64,000 bases of DNA from a bacterium (lineage in GTDB: Bacteria > Bacillota_I > Bacilli_A > RFN20 > CAG-826), in the NCBI GenBank assembly GCA_029098125.1, contig JAQXNS010000003.1:2845-66844 (forward strand). The letters are read 5' to 3'. This document shows positions 25,994 through 35,379 of this stretch, one piece after another (the first letter of the stretch is position 1; every line of letters starts with the position of its first letter). The notes under the pieces were generated by a model. That model was not told the DNA's origin. It was given only the letters and a program-made list of their open reading frames with translations, and did no database searches. Both the position numbers and the translations under genes were made by a program.

Positions 25994-28653
25994 TCGCCCA
26001 TATCATCAAAAATTGATATTTGCTCAACTCTCTCCTCGTGTTCTTCAGGAGAGTTTTTTTCTTTTGCATCAATTGTTACTAATTTTATCTTTTTATCTTT
26101 TGGCTGTTCTTCTTGTGGTTCACCAAAAATATTTAATTCAACAGGTGAAACTACATTTGTTGAATATTCGACTTTAAATTTAGAATCAACTATTTCGGCG
26201 TTATCGTTAAACACTGCCACTATTGATTTTGATTCAGGTAATTCTGGAATTGAACACTTGCAATATTTATCAAGTGATGTTGTATGATAATCATCAATAG
26301 TTAAATTTAATAAAGATCCATCACTAATTAAACAATTTAACTTTGTTGGTTCATTGATATTTGGAACCTTTCCAACAAAAATTGTTGAATGACAATCATT
26401 TTTGAAGCTTTTTAGTACTTGTTCTTTACCTTTGTAACGTTCTTTTAGTTTTAAAGAGTTAATATCAACAATTTTTATCATGCCTTTATCAGTTAAAAAG
26501 ATTAATTTTGCTCTTTCTTTACTGCTAAATGAAATACAGCTCATTGGAATGTCACTTGGACCTAATTTTGAGAATAATTTGACCCCAGATGCTTTTGGTT
26601 TTGAAATTGGGACGTTACTTTCATTGATATATGTGTAATATCCTTCTTTTGTTGTTGTTAAAATGTTTGAATTTCCATTTAATAAGCATGCATCAACCAA
26701 ATAATCAGAGTTTAAAATCTTCATTAATCCAGTTGGTTTTGTGGTTAATGATGAATTGATGTCAAGTAATGATGTTTTTTTGATGTTTCCTTGGCTTGAA
26801 ACTGTACAAATTTCAGCTTCTTTGGTGAAATCTTTAATCACAAAACATCTAATTATATTTTCATTTAGAGGTAAGTTACAAAGATAATTAATGTGTTTTC
26901 CTTCGTCTTTATATCTATTTTCAAATATTTCATGAACTGGAATTGTTAAGTAATTACCTTTTGATGTGATACAAACAATGGAATCGACTGTGTTACAAAT
27001 TGTATTTAAAACAATGACGTCATTTGTTTTTACACCTGGTAAAGATCCATTTGATGAAGAATAGCTTCTAATCGTACTTCTTTTAATGTATCCATCACGC
27101 GTAATGACAACGTAAACATCTTCTTTTGCGATCAAATCACGTTTATCGATTGAAACTTCTTCTTTTTTATCAATAATTAAACTTCTTCTTGGTATCCCAA
27201 ATTTTTTAACAATGTTTTTAAGATCATTGATTATTAAGCGTTTTAATTTATTTGGATTTTCTATTATTTCAGTTAATTCTTTAATTGCTTTTTCAAGATC
27301 TTCCTTTTCCTTTATATATATAGAGACATCTGTATGTGATAATCTGTATAAACGCATTGTAACAATTGCTTCTGCTTGAGGCTCACTAAAATTGTAAGTT
27401 TTCATTAAATTACGTTTTGAATCAGCTTTATCTTCACTCTTTTTAATAATTTTAATGATTTCATCAATAATTGATTGAGATCTAATAAGACCTTCGATAA
27501 TATGATGTCTATTTTTTGATTTTTCAAGGTCGAATTTACTTCTCTTGATTATTACTTCTTTTTGATAATCGTTATAATAATCTAAATATTTGATTAAACC
27601 TAATGTTTCAGGGTGTTTATTACAAATTGCGACAATATTTGATGTGTAAGAAATCTTCAAGTTTGTTTTGTTCATTAAATATTGAACGATAATTTCTGGG
27701 TCGATATCTTTTTTAAGTTCGATGACAATTTTAATTTCATCACCGCTAGAAAGATCTCTAACTTCTAAAATTCCATCAACTTCTTTGCTTTTTTTAATTT
27801 TATCAATAGAAACAACTAGTTGTTGCTTAACAACTCCATATGGAATTTCAGTAATTATAATCTCGTTGTAGTTTTTATTATCTTTATTAATTGAAAATTT
27901 TGATGCAATTTCAATTTTACCCTTACCAGTTTCGTATATATCACGAATCCCACTACTTTTATAGATTATACCTCCAGTTGGAAAATCTGGTGCTTTAACA
28001 ATTTCTAATAGTTCATCAAGGCTGCAGTTTGGATTTTCTAACCTATAAATTGCTGCATTACACATTTCTTCTAAATTGTGTGGAGGAATTGATGTTGCAA
28101 TTGCAACTGCGATTCCATCACTACCATTAACAAATAAATTTGGATATCTGCATGGTAAAACTACTGGCTCAAATTCTGTGTCATCAAAATTTAATGACAT
28201 ATCAACAGTATTTTTATCGATATCTTGAATTAATAATTCACTAAATTCATTTAGTTTTGCTTCAGTATAACGATAAGCAGCTGCTGGATCGTTATCGATT
28301 GAACCATTATTTCCTTGAAAAGTAACAAGTGGCATGGACATTTTCCATGTTTGAGAAAGTCTAACTAAGGCTTCATAAATTGAGGAGTCACCATGTGGGT
28401 GAAAACGACCCATGACATCACCAACAATCTTTGCACATTTTCTTGTTTGCTTTTCAAAAGTATTTCCGGTTTGGAACATGCTATAAATAATTCTACGTTG
28501 AACAGGTTTTAAGCCATCCCTAACATCTGGAATTGCTCTATCTTGGATGACATATTTTGCATAAACTGCATATCTATCGCCCATGATTCCATCGAGTGAT
28601 TCGTTATTAATATTTTCAATAATAGGAGCTTCTTCAATAACTTTTTTAGCCAT
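25990..28653 (-). CDS. parC: DNA topoisomerase IV subunit A
   Basis: GLKPVQRRIIY, HPHGDSSIYEALVRLSQTWK (ParC-type rather than the GyrA-type HPHGDSAVY...MAQ), and active-site AAAYRYTEAKL. Paired with parE and divergent from plsY, as in B. subtilis. Has a long acidic C-terminal tail. Confidence 0.8.
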   Translation of the reverse strand: MAKKVIEEAPIIENINNESLDGIMGDRYAVYAKYVIQDRAIPDVRDGLKPVQRRIIYSMFQTGNTFEKQTRKCAKIVGDVMGRFHPHGDSSIYEALVRLSQTWKMSMPLVTFQGNNGSIDNDPAAAYRYTEAKLNEFSELLIQDIDKNTVDMSLNFDDTEFEPVVLPCRYPNLFVNGSDGIAVAIATSIPPHNLEEMCNAAIYRLENPNCSLDELLEIVKAPDFPTGGIIYKSSGIRDIYETGKGKIEIASKFSINKDNKNYNEIIITEIPYGVVKQQLVVSIDKIKKSKEVDGILEVRDLSSGDEIKIVIELKKDIDPEIIVQYLMNKTNLKISYTSNIVAICNKHPETLGLIKYLDYYNDYQKEVIIKRSKFDLEKSKNRHHIIEGLIRSQSIIDEIIKIIKKSEDKADSKRNLMKTYNFSEPQAEAIVTMRLYRLSHTDVSIYIKEKEDLEKAIKELTEIIENPNKLKRLIINDLKNIVKKFGIPRRSLIIDKKEEVSIDKRDLIAKEDVYVVITRDGYIKRSTIRSYSSSNGSLPGVKTNDVIVLNTICNTVDSIVCITSKGNYLTIPVHEIFENRYKDEGKHINYLCNLPLNENIIRCFVIKDFTKEAEICTVSSQGNIKKTSLLDINSSLTTKPTGLMKILNSDYLVDACLLNGNSNILTTTKEGYYTYINESNVPISKPKASGVKLFSKLGPSDIPMSCISFSSKERAKLIFLTDKGMIKIVDINSLKLKERYKGKEQVLKSFKNDCHSTIFVGKVPNINEPTKLNCLISDGSLLNLTIDDYHTTSLDKYCKCSIPELPESKSIVAVFNDNAEIVDSKFKVEYSTNVVSPVELNIFGEPQEEQPKDKKIKLVTIDAKEKNSPEEHEERVEQISIFDDMGD

Positions 28654-28654
28654 A

Positions 28655-30592
28655 TTAATGCTTTACCTCCTCGATAAATTCATCTTGTTCGTTAAAATCA
28701 ACGTTTTGTTCAAGCCATTTTTTACGTTTATCAGCATCTTTACCCATTAAAACAGCGATTTTATTTTCAACGCTTAATGGATCGCCAATATTTACTTGAA
28801 TTAATAATCTATTTTTAGGGTTCATTGTAGTGTTTCTAAGTTGAGTATCACTCATTTCACCTAATCCTTTGTAACGTGCAACTTTATAGCCAGCGCCAAT
28901 TTTTTGCTTTGCTTCATTTAATCCAATATTATCCCAAGCATAAGTTTCTACAGTTTTTCCTTTACTATCTGTTTTAAAAATTCGATATAAAGGAGGCACA
29001 GCAACATATACCTTGCCTTCTGTAATTAATGGCCTCATGTAATTATAAAAGAAAGTTAAAAGTAAAGTTTGAATATGAGCACCATCAGTGTCAGCATCGG
29101 TCATGATGATAATTTTTCCATAATGTGATTCTTCGATATCAAAATTTGGTCCAACACCAGCACCAATCGTGTTAATAATTGTTGCAAATTCAGTATTTTG
29201 CAAGATTTTATCCATAGTTAAACTATCTGTGTTTAGAGGTTTTCCTCTTAATGGCAAAATAGCTTGATATCTAGGATCTCTTCCTTTTTTAGCTGTTCCA
29301 CCAGCAGAATCACCTTCAACGATAAAAAGTTCGTTTTTATCAAATTCTTTACTTTGTGCTGGTGTTAATTTGTCGCTTAAAAGAATTTGTTCTTTTGCTT
29401 TTTTATGATTTCTTGCTTCATCTTTTGCTTTTCTTGCTGCAAGACGAGCATTCATTGAATCTTGACATTTTTTTATAAGTTTAACGGCAAATTCTTTATT
29501 TTCGTTTAGATAATATGAAAATTTTGAATAAACTAGGTTATTTACAATGCTCATGGCTTGTTGAGTTCCTAATTTGCCTTTTGTTTGGCCTTCAAATTCA
29601 AGAATTGATTCAGGTAAACGCAAAGAAATTATTGCTGTCAAGCCTTCTCTGATATCGCTGCCCTCAAGTTTTTGCTTATTTCTCAATAAATTATTGTTTT
29701 CAGCGTAATCGTTAACAGCTCTAGTTATGCCTAATCTAAAACCAGTTTCATGTGTTCCGCCATCTCCAGTATGTACATTATTTACATAACTTCTGATTGT
29801 TTCGTTATAATCGTTGTAACAATATTGAAGTGCAATTTCTACATTGATTTCGTTTGAAGTATCTTCAAATGTAAAAACTGGACCAATTTTAATCTTTGAT
29901 TGATTAAGTTCCTCGACATATTCTTTCAATCCGTTTTCATAATAAAACTCATCTTTGTTGTTTGTTCTTTCATCTATAAGTAAAAATCTAACTTTTTTAA
30001 GCAAAAATGCGCTTTCTTGAAGATGACTTTTGATACGATCGTAACTAAATTCAACTGTTGAAAAGATTTTTGGGTCAGGTTTAAAGCGCACCGTTGTTCC
30101 ATGTTTGTATGTATTACCTAAAACTTCAAGTTTTCCAATCTTTTTTCCACCATTTTCGAATCTAATATGATTAATCTTACCATCATTGCATACTGTAACA
30201 TCACAATATACACTTAAAGCGTTGGTTACAGAGCTTCCAACACCATGCAAACCAGCACTAGATTTATATGCTGTATCTGAAAATTTACCACCGCTATGTA
30301 AAGTAGTAAAAATTAATTGAATTGCAGGTATTCCTGTTGCTTTGTGTATATCACAAGGAATTCCTCTACCTTCGTCTTGAACCGAGCATGATCCATCTTT
30401 ATGAAGAGTAACGGTGATTTTATCACCATAGCCATTTAATGCTTCATCAACTGCATTATCTACAATTTCCCATACTAAATGATGTAAACCAGTTGCATTT
30501 GTGCTTCCGATATACATTGCAGGTCTTTTTCTAACACCTTCTAGACCTTCTAATAATTCAATATTACTTGCGTTATAATTTTCCATAAACAT
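28655..30592 (-). CDS. parE: DNA topoisomerase IV subunit B
   Basis: GHKL ATPase (LHHLVWEIVDNAVDE, DEGRGIP) and Toprim (EGDSAGG, DADTDGAHI). Adjacent to parC and plsY. Confidence 0.8.
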   Translation of the reverse strand: MFMENYNASNIELLEGLEGVRKRPAMYIGSTNATGLHHLVWEIVDNAVDEALNGYGDKITVTLHKDGSCSVQDEGRGIPCDIHKATGIPAIQLIFTTLHSGGKFSDTAYKSSAGLHGVGSSVTNALSVYCDVTVCNDGKINHIRFENGGKKIGKLEVLGNTYKHGTTVRFKPDPKIFSTVEFSYDRIKSHLQESAFLLKKVRFLLIDERTNNKDEFYYENGLKEYVEELNQSKIKIGPVFTFEDTSNEINVEIALQYCYNDYNETIRSYVNNVHTGDGGTHETGFRLGITRAVNDYAENNNLLRNKQKLEGSDIREGLTAIISLRLPESILEFEGQTKGKLGTQQAMSIVNNLVYSKFSYYLNENKEFAVKLIKKCQDSMNARLAARKAKDEARNHKKAKEQILLSDKLTPAQSKEFDKNELFIVEGDSAGGTAKKGRDPRYQAILPLRGKPLNTDSLTMDKILQNTEFATIINTIGAGVGPNFDIEESHYGKIIIMTDADTDGAHIQTLLLTFFYNYMRPLITEGKVYVAVPPLYRIFKTDSKGKTVETYAWDNIGLNEAKQKIGAGYKVARYKGLGEMSDTQLRNTTMNPKNRLLIQVNIGDPLSVENKIAVLMGKDADKRKKWLEQNVDFNEQDEFIEEVKH

Positions 30593-30743
30593 TAATCCGA
30601 AATGTATTTTAACATAAAAATTGGTCTCAAAAAATGCAAAAATTTGCTTTTAATATAAATATTAAAATCAAAAAAATCTAAGATTTCATTTTTTGATATT
30701 CATAAATAAAAAGATATAGACTTTATTTCTTTTGTTGTAGAAT

Positions 30744-31499
30744 ATGTCCATGGGATTTTTTAGGGTATTAGTCTTATTAGGTTGTTTGACACTTGGATAT
30801 CTTCTTGGATCGATTCCAAATAGTGTCATAATTTGTAAAGTTTTCTATCATGTTGATCCAAGGAAGTTAGGTAGCCATAATCCTGGTGGGACTAATGTTG
30901 GAAGAGTTGTTTCGAAGAAGGCTGGATTAATTACTATCATTCTAGATATGCTGAAATTAATGATACCTTTTATAGGAACTTTCTTATTTTTTACATATTT
31001 TGAACCAGCAAGAGACTTCATGCTTGGTGAAAATTATGATTATAATGCTTTTGGTCAAGGTAATACTTTGGCAGAATTAACTTATTATCTTGTTGCATTA
31101 GGCGCAATGATTGGACATTCATATAGTTGTTTTATTAAATTCAAAGGTGGAAAAATTGTTTCAACATACGCTGGATTATCATTAGCTCTTACATGGTTAT
31201 CATTTCCTATATTTGGTTCTTGCTTCTTTTTAACACTCAAAAAAACAAAAATGGTTTCAGCTGCTTCTATTGTTACATCAGTTTTAATTGCTGTATTTGG
31301 TTGGACAAATTATGTTATTTATCTCATATTCGGTAGAACGATCGCAGGGTATTTTATGTTTACTGAATACGGTCCTCATTGCTGCATTTATTTACCTATA
31401 TTATGCACATTTGCTTGCATCCTTTTGATATTCAAACACAAAGAAAATATCAAAAGGATTAGAAATGGAACTGAAAACAAAATACATTGGATGAAATAG
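30744..31499 (+). CDS. plsY: Glycerol-3-phosphate acyltransferase PlsY
   Basis: GSIPNSVIICK...GSHNPGGTNVGR motif in a multi-TM protein. The start may be ATG 30750, 6 nt after TAGAAT (leaderless candidate). Confidence 0.88.
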   Translation: MSMGFFRVLVLLGCLTLGYLLGSIPNSVIICKVFYHVDPRKLGSHNPGGTNVGRVVSKKAGLITIILDMLKLMIPFIGTFLFFTYFEPARDFMLGENYDYNAFGQGNTLAELTYYLVALGAMIGHSYSCFIKFKGGKIVSTYAGLSLALTWLSFPIFGSCFFLTLKKTKMVSAASIVTSVLIAVFGWTNYVIYLIFGRTIAGYFMFTEYGPHCCIYLPILCTFACILLIFKHKENIKRIRNGTENKIHWMK

Positions 31500-31501
31500 C
31501 G

Positions 31502-31578
31502 CTAGTAGGAAACTAGTAGGTTTCTAGTACATTTCTAGTACATTTCTAGTAGGTTTCTAGTACATTTCTAGTACATTA
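31502..31578 (+). repeat. 11-bp CTAGTA tandem-repeat array 4 (7 units)
   Basis: CTAGTAGGAAA CTAGTAGGTTT CTAGTACATTT CTAGTACATTT CTAGTAGGTTT CTAGTACATTT CTAGTACATTA. Begins 2 nt after the plsY TAG stop and lies upstream of the plsY terminator. Confidence 0.97.
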
Positions 31579-31615
31579 AAAACCATGTGGAAATCTACAT
31601 AAAACATTGCTTATA

Positions 31616-31645
31616 TTAAAAAAAGTCGAATTAATTCGACTTTTT
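31616..31645. terminator. Bidirectional Rho-independent terminator
   Basis: A-run, then the palindrome GTCGAATTAATTCGAC (31625-31640), then TTTTT. Confidence 0.65.
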
Positions 31646-31688
31646 AATTGACTTTGTATCAGTTTTCCACAATATTTTGAAAAGAAAA

Positions 31689-31723
31689 AGATCTGCACCA
31701 CTTTTTCAAGCTTTTGCAGATCT
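31689..31723 (-). terminator. Terminator hairpin downstream of yneF
   Basis: AGATCTGCA (31689-31697) pairs with TGCAGATCT (31715-31723). A T-rich run follows on the minus strand. The 17-nt loop is large. Confidence 0.45.
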
Positions 31724-31736
31724 ATTTTAATCAATT

Positions 31737-31955
31737 TTATTTTTGTTTGTTAACACTATTCATTATGCTTCTGATTTGAGCTTCGCTAGGTTTTCTACCC
31801 ATTTGTTGATACATAACTCGAATCATTTTTTCATTAATTGGTGGGTTTTTTTGAAGTTCTTTTTTGAAGTAATATCTACCTCCAAAAAAGCCTGCTGCTC
31901 CACCAAGTATGAAAGTGAAGATGCACCACAATAGTACTTGCCACCACTCCATCAT
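31737..31955 (-). CDS. yneF: UPF0154 (YneF-like) small membrane protein
   Basis: Single N-terminal TM segment followed by PPINEKMIRVMYQQMGRKPSEAQIRSIMN, typical of the UPF0154 family. Confidence 0.75.
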   Translation of the reverse strand: MMEWWQVLLWCIFTFILGGAAGFFGGRYYFKKELQKNPPINEKMIRVMYQQMGRKPSEAQIRSIMNSVNKQK

Positions 31956-31960
31956 ATTAA

Positions 31961-32518
31961 TTAGTTAGCTCTTCCGTCGTAATCACCAGTATCTGTTCTG
32001 ACTAAAACATCATCGCCTTCATTGACGAATAATGGAACTCTGATTTTTAATCCAGTTTCAACTATTGCGTCTTTCATAGCTTTATTGACTGTATCGCCTC
32101 TAACTGCTGGTTCACAATGTGTAACATTTAATACTACTTTTGCAGGTAATGCAATTCCAAGAATCTCATCCTCATAAGTTGTAACATCGACTTCTGTATT
32201 TTCTTTTAAGAAATTGATTTCCCATTCAAGTCTTGCTTTAGGAATTTCAATTTGTTCATAAGTTTCATTATCCATGAATACTAAGAAATCGCCACTATCA
32301 TATAAATAATTCATTTTTTTCTTATCTAATCTAATAGTTTCAACTTGGTATCCACTATTTGCACTCATTTCAGTGATTGCGCCAGTTCTAATATTTTTAA
32401 TTTTTACTTTAGCAACCATTTTACGCATTGCAGTTTTATTTAATAAAATATCGAGTACTAAATATAAATTGCCTTCTTCAGTAAAATAATTACCAGGCCT
32501 TAATTCTGTAACGTTCAT
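31961..32518 (-). CDS. efp: Elongation factor P
   Basis: 185 aa: MNVTELRPGNYF...KPGKG-region equivalent...VETGLKIRVPLFVNEGD. Strong SD. Confidence 0.92.
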   Translation of the reverse strand: MNVTELRPGNYFTEEGNLYLVLDILLNKTAMRKMVAKVKIKNIRTGAITEMSANSGYQVETIRLDKKKMNYLYDSGDFLVFMDNETYEQIEIPKARLEWEINFLKENTEVDVTTYEDEILGIALPAKVVLNVTHCEPAVRGDTVNKAMKDAIVETGLKIRVPLFVNEGDDVLVRTDTGDYDGRAN

Positions 32519-32530
32519 TTTTTCTCCTTT

Positions 32531-33169
32531 CTATTTTAAATATGGATTATTTTCAAATTCTCTTTTTAAAGTAGTTTCATCACCATGTCCTGGATAAACT
32601 TTTATAGATTGATCTAATTTTTTTAGTTTTTCTAGGCTGTTTTTAGCTAATCTTTCATTTCCGGTAGGTAAATCTGTTCTTCCGATTGAATTTTTGAATA
32701 AAGTATCGCCAGTAAATATAGCATTTTCTTTTTCATATAAGAAGCAAACACTTCCAGAAGTGTGAAATGGTGTTTCAATTACTTTAAATAATAGTCCGTT
32801 TCCGAAATTTATTTCATCTTCATCATCTAAAAGATATTTATTTGTAACTTTTACTTGAATTTTTTCAATTTTCAATGATGCACTACCATTTAATCTAGGA
32901 TTATCTAGTAATTCATCATCTGATTTATCGATAAATGTTGTACAAGTAAATGTTTTTAAGAAATTTTCAATACCTCTTATATGATCAAAATGACCATGTG
33001 TTAATAAAATTCCAGAGCAAGAGGAATGATTTTGTTTGATATAATCTATAATTCTTTGTTGCGTTGAACCTAGGTCAATAACTACACAAGGATGTCCTTT
33101 TTCGCCAATAACGTAGGTATTTGCGCTAAATTCATTATAATCGTTATCAAAACGAAATACTTTTATCAT
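32531..33169 (-). CDS. MBL-fold metallo-hydrolase
   Basis: LLTHGHFDHIRG (HxHxDH) motif, with later GDTLF and PGHG. Confidence 0.8.
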   Translation of the reverse strand: MIKVFRFDNDYNEFSANTYVIGEKGHPCVVIDLGSTQQRIIDYIKQNHSSCSGILLTHGHFDHIRGIENFLKTFTCTTFIDKSDDELLDNPRLNGSASLKIEKIQVKVTNKYLLDDEDEINFGNGLLFKVIETPFHTSGSVCFLYEKENAIFTGDTLFKNSIGRTDLPTGNERLAKNSLEKLKKLDQSIKVYPGHGDETTLKREFENNPYLK

Positions 33170-33175
33170 TCTTTA

Positions 33176-33325
33176 TTATTTCTTTTCTTTGAAAACTTGA
33201 ACTTTTCTACAATGTGGACAATATTTTTTCTTTTCAATTCTATCAGGATTGTTTTTCTTGTTTTTTGATGTGATATATTGTTCTTCTCCACAAACTGTAC
33301 ATTTTAAGATAATGTTATCGCGCAT
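33176..33325 (-). CDS. rpmG: 50S ribosomal protein L33
   Basis: Not in the ORF track. My translation is [49 protein letters not shown] (49 aa) with a CxxC...CxxC zinc ribbon. SD AAAGGAG. Confidence 0.88.
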   Translation of the reverse strand: MRDNIILKCTVCGEEQYITSKNKKNNPDRIEKKKYCPHCRKVQVFKEKK

Positions 33326-33415
33326 AATATCACTCCTTTCGCCATAATGCTTTAAAATTCTAGCACAAATCAGTTTTTGTTTCTATAATTATTATATTTT
33401 TATATAATAAAAAAT

Positions 33416-34468
33416 ATGAAAATTAGAGAAAAAACCAGAAAAATTACTATAGGAAATATAACTATTGGCGGTCAAGACAAAATATTAATTCAATCAATGT
33501 GCGATATTAAAACTTCAAATGTTTTAGAAGTTGCAAAACAAATAAATGAATGTGCTTCTTTAGGTGCAGATTTAATGAGAGTCAGTATTTTAGACGAAGA
33601 AGACGCTTTGGCCATCAAAGAAATTAAGAAATTAATCAATATTCCTCTTGTTGCTGATATTCATTTTGATTATAAATTAGGAATTTTATCAATTGAAAAT
33701 GGTGCTGATAAAATAAGAATTAATCCTGGCAATATTGGTGATGATCAAAAATTACTCGAAATAATCAATACTGCAAAAAAGTATAATGTTCCTATCAGAA
33801 TTGGCGTTAATAAGGGTTCTTTAGAGAAAGATTTAATAAACGCAAATCTTTCTGAAGAGGAAAAACTTGTTTCTAGTGCTTTAAAATATATCGAAAAGTT
33901 TGAAAAATATGATTTTAGAAATCTTGTTATTTCTGTAAAAGCGTCAAATCCACTTGTTACATTAAATGCTTATCGATTAATTTCTTCAAAAACTGATTAC
34001 CCACTTCATATTGGTGTTACTGAAAGCGGTTATGATGAAATTGGAATTATTCGCTCAGTTAGTGCACTTTCACCACTTATTTTGGATGGAATTGGTGATA
34101 CAATTCGAATTTCTTTAACTCATAATCCACAAAAAGAAATCAAAACATGTGTTAGATTGTTACATGATTTAGGATTATATCCAAATTATCCAACTATTAT
34201 TTCTTGCCCAACATGTGGCAGATGCCAAGTTACTAATACAGCAAAAATAGCTGATCAAGTGTTAAATTATTTAATTGAACACAAAAAATACATTACTGTT
34301 GCAATTATGGGCTGCATTGTTAATGGCGTAGGTGAAGGAAAAGCTGCAGATTTAGGAATTGCTGGCGGAAATAATAGCTTTATTATATTTAAAAAGGGAA
34401 ATATTATAAAAACTGTTAATCAAAGCGAAGCTCTTGAAGCTCTTTTTGAAGAAATTAACAAATTTTAA
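33416..34468 (+). CDS. ispG: 4-hydroxy-3-methylbut-2-en-1-yl diphosphate synthase IspG
   Basis: TIM-barrel N-domain (RVSILD..., ADIHFD) and Fe-S ligands present (SCPTCGRC, GCIVNGVGE). Confidence 0.9.
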   Translation: MKIREKTRKITIGNITIGGQDKILIQSMCDIKTSNVLEVAKQINECASLGADLMRVSILDEEDALAIKEIKKLINIPLVADIHFDYKLGILSIENGADKIRINPGNIGDDQKLLEIINTAKKYNVPIRIGVNKGSLEKDLINANLSEEEKLVSSALKYIEKFEKYDFRNLVISVKASNPLVTLNAYRLISSKTDYPLHIGVTESGYDEIGIIRSVSALSPLILDGIGDTIRISLTHNPQKEIKTCVRLLHDLGLYPNYPTIISCPTCGRCQVTNTAKIADQVLNYLIEHKKYITVAIMGCIVNGVGEGKAADLGIAGGNNSFIIFKKGNIIKTVNQSEALEALFEEINKF

Positions 34469-35379
34469 CTTTCCCTTGGGTCATAAAATAGATAATCTGT
34501 GTATGATGTTTTAACATCGATACATCTATCTTTAGTAAGTTTTGAAAAATCAATGAATAATTCAGCATTCTTAACGTTGCACATTGTTTTATAAATAATC
34601 AAATCTAAGTTTTTGGTAATATTGTTAGATGCTATATCTCTATAAAAATCTAAATCATAATAGCCTTTTTGTGCAAATTCACACTTTTTTTGATTAAATT
34701 TTGAAATATTTGAAAGAATTACACCTTCTACCTCTTCACTTGTAAGATTTTTAAATAAAGAATTAAATAAAAATTTAGCAGATTTAATTCCATCTCCATA
34801 AAATGTTAAGAAGCTAAATAAATCGATAAAGCATTTTGCTTTTATGTTATTCTTGTTTAAAAAATTTAGTAATTTCTTTATGCTTTTAGCGTCATTGTTG
34901 AAATTAACGGTAGAATTTGTTGAATTTTGAATAAAAATTTCAATGTTTTTATATCTTGATTGGACTTCAAAAAGAAATGTTTTTATATTTTCAAAATACA
35001 ATTTAATATCATCATTTTCTTTTGGCAAATTAAAACAAAAAATGTATTTTCTTACTAAAATTGTCGAAAAAATTCGATAGACTCGATCAAATTTATATAT
35101 TTCTTTGTAAAAATTGAAAGATTTTTCATTATAATTTGAAAATGCTTTCCAAGTTATATATATTTTTGTTAAATCAAATGATAATTTTTCTGCAATCGGT
35201 ATGACGTTGCTTTTAGCTAGTGTATCAAATGCATCGTTGTAAACAAACTTTTGTTGAATTAAATCTAAAATAAAATAATCTACATTATTGTACACACATG
35301 TTTCGATGCATCTAACTAAACAATTTATATCTACATGTGGTTTTGTTGCAACACAAATACCTAATTTTCTATCTGTCAA
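34465..35379 (-). CDS. Hypothetical protein; probable degenerate endonuclease IV (Nfo)-like TIM barrel
   Basis: 304 aa. Occupies the nfo (yqfS) slot between cshB and ispG. Block similarity by eye to B. subtilis Nfo (CFIDLFSF vs CFDTCHTH, IFIQNS vs IALETM, ILSNISK vs LHINDSK), but most metal-ligand positions are substituted. Confidence 0.4.
   Translation of the reverse strand: MTDRKLGICVATKPHVDINCLVRCIETCVYNNVDYFILDLIQQKFVYNDAFDTLAKSNVIPIAEKLSFDLTKIYITWKAFSNYNEKSFNFYKEIYKFDRVYRIFSTILVRKYIFCFNLPKENDDIKLYFENIKTFLFEVQSRYKNIEIFIQNSTNSTVNFNNDAKSIKKLLNFLNKNNIKAKCFIDLFSFLTFYGDGIKSAKFLFNSLFKNLTSEEVEGVILSNISKFNQKKCEFAQKGYYDLDFYRDIASNNITKNLDLIIYKTMCNVKNAELFIDFSKLTKDRCIDVKTSYTDYLFYDPRES

Noticed and set aside
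25990-30592. These type II topoisomerase genes as gyrA/gyrB
   Set aside because: The A subunit has HPHGDSSIY...SQTWK (ParC-like). The gene order is B then A, divergent from plsY, as at the B. subtilis parEC locus. There is no dnaA/dnaN/recF context. The assignment remains a judgement call.
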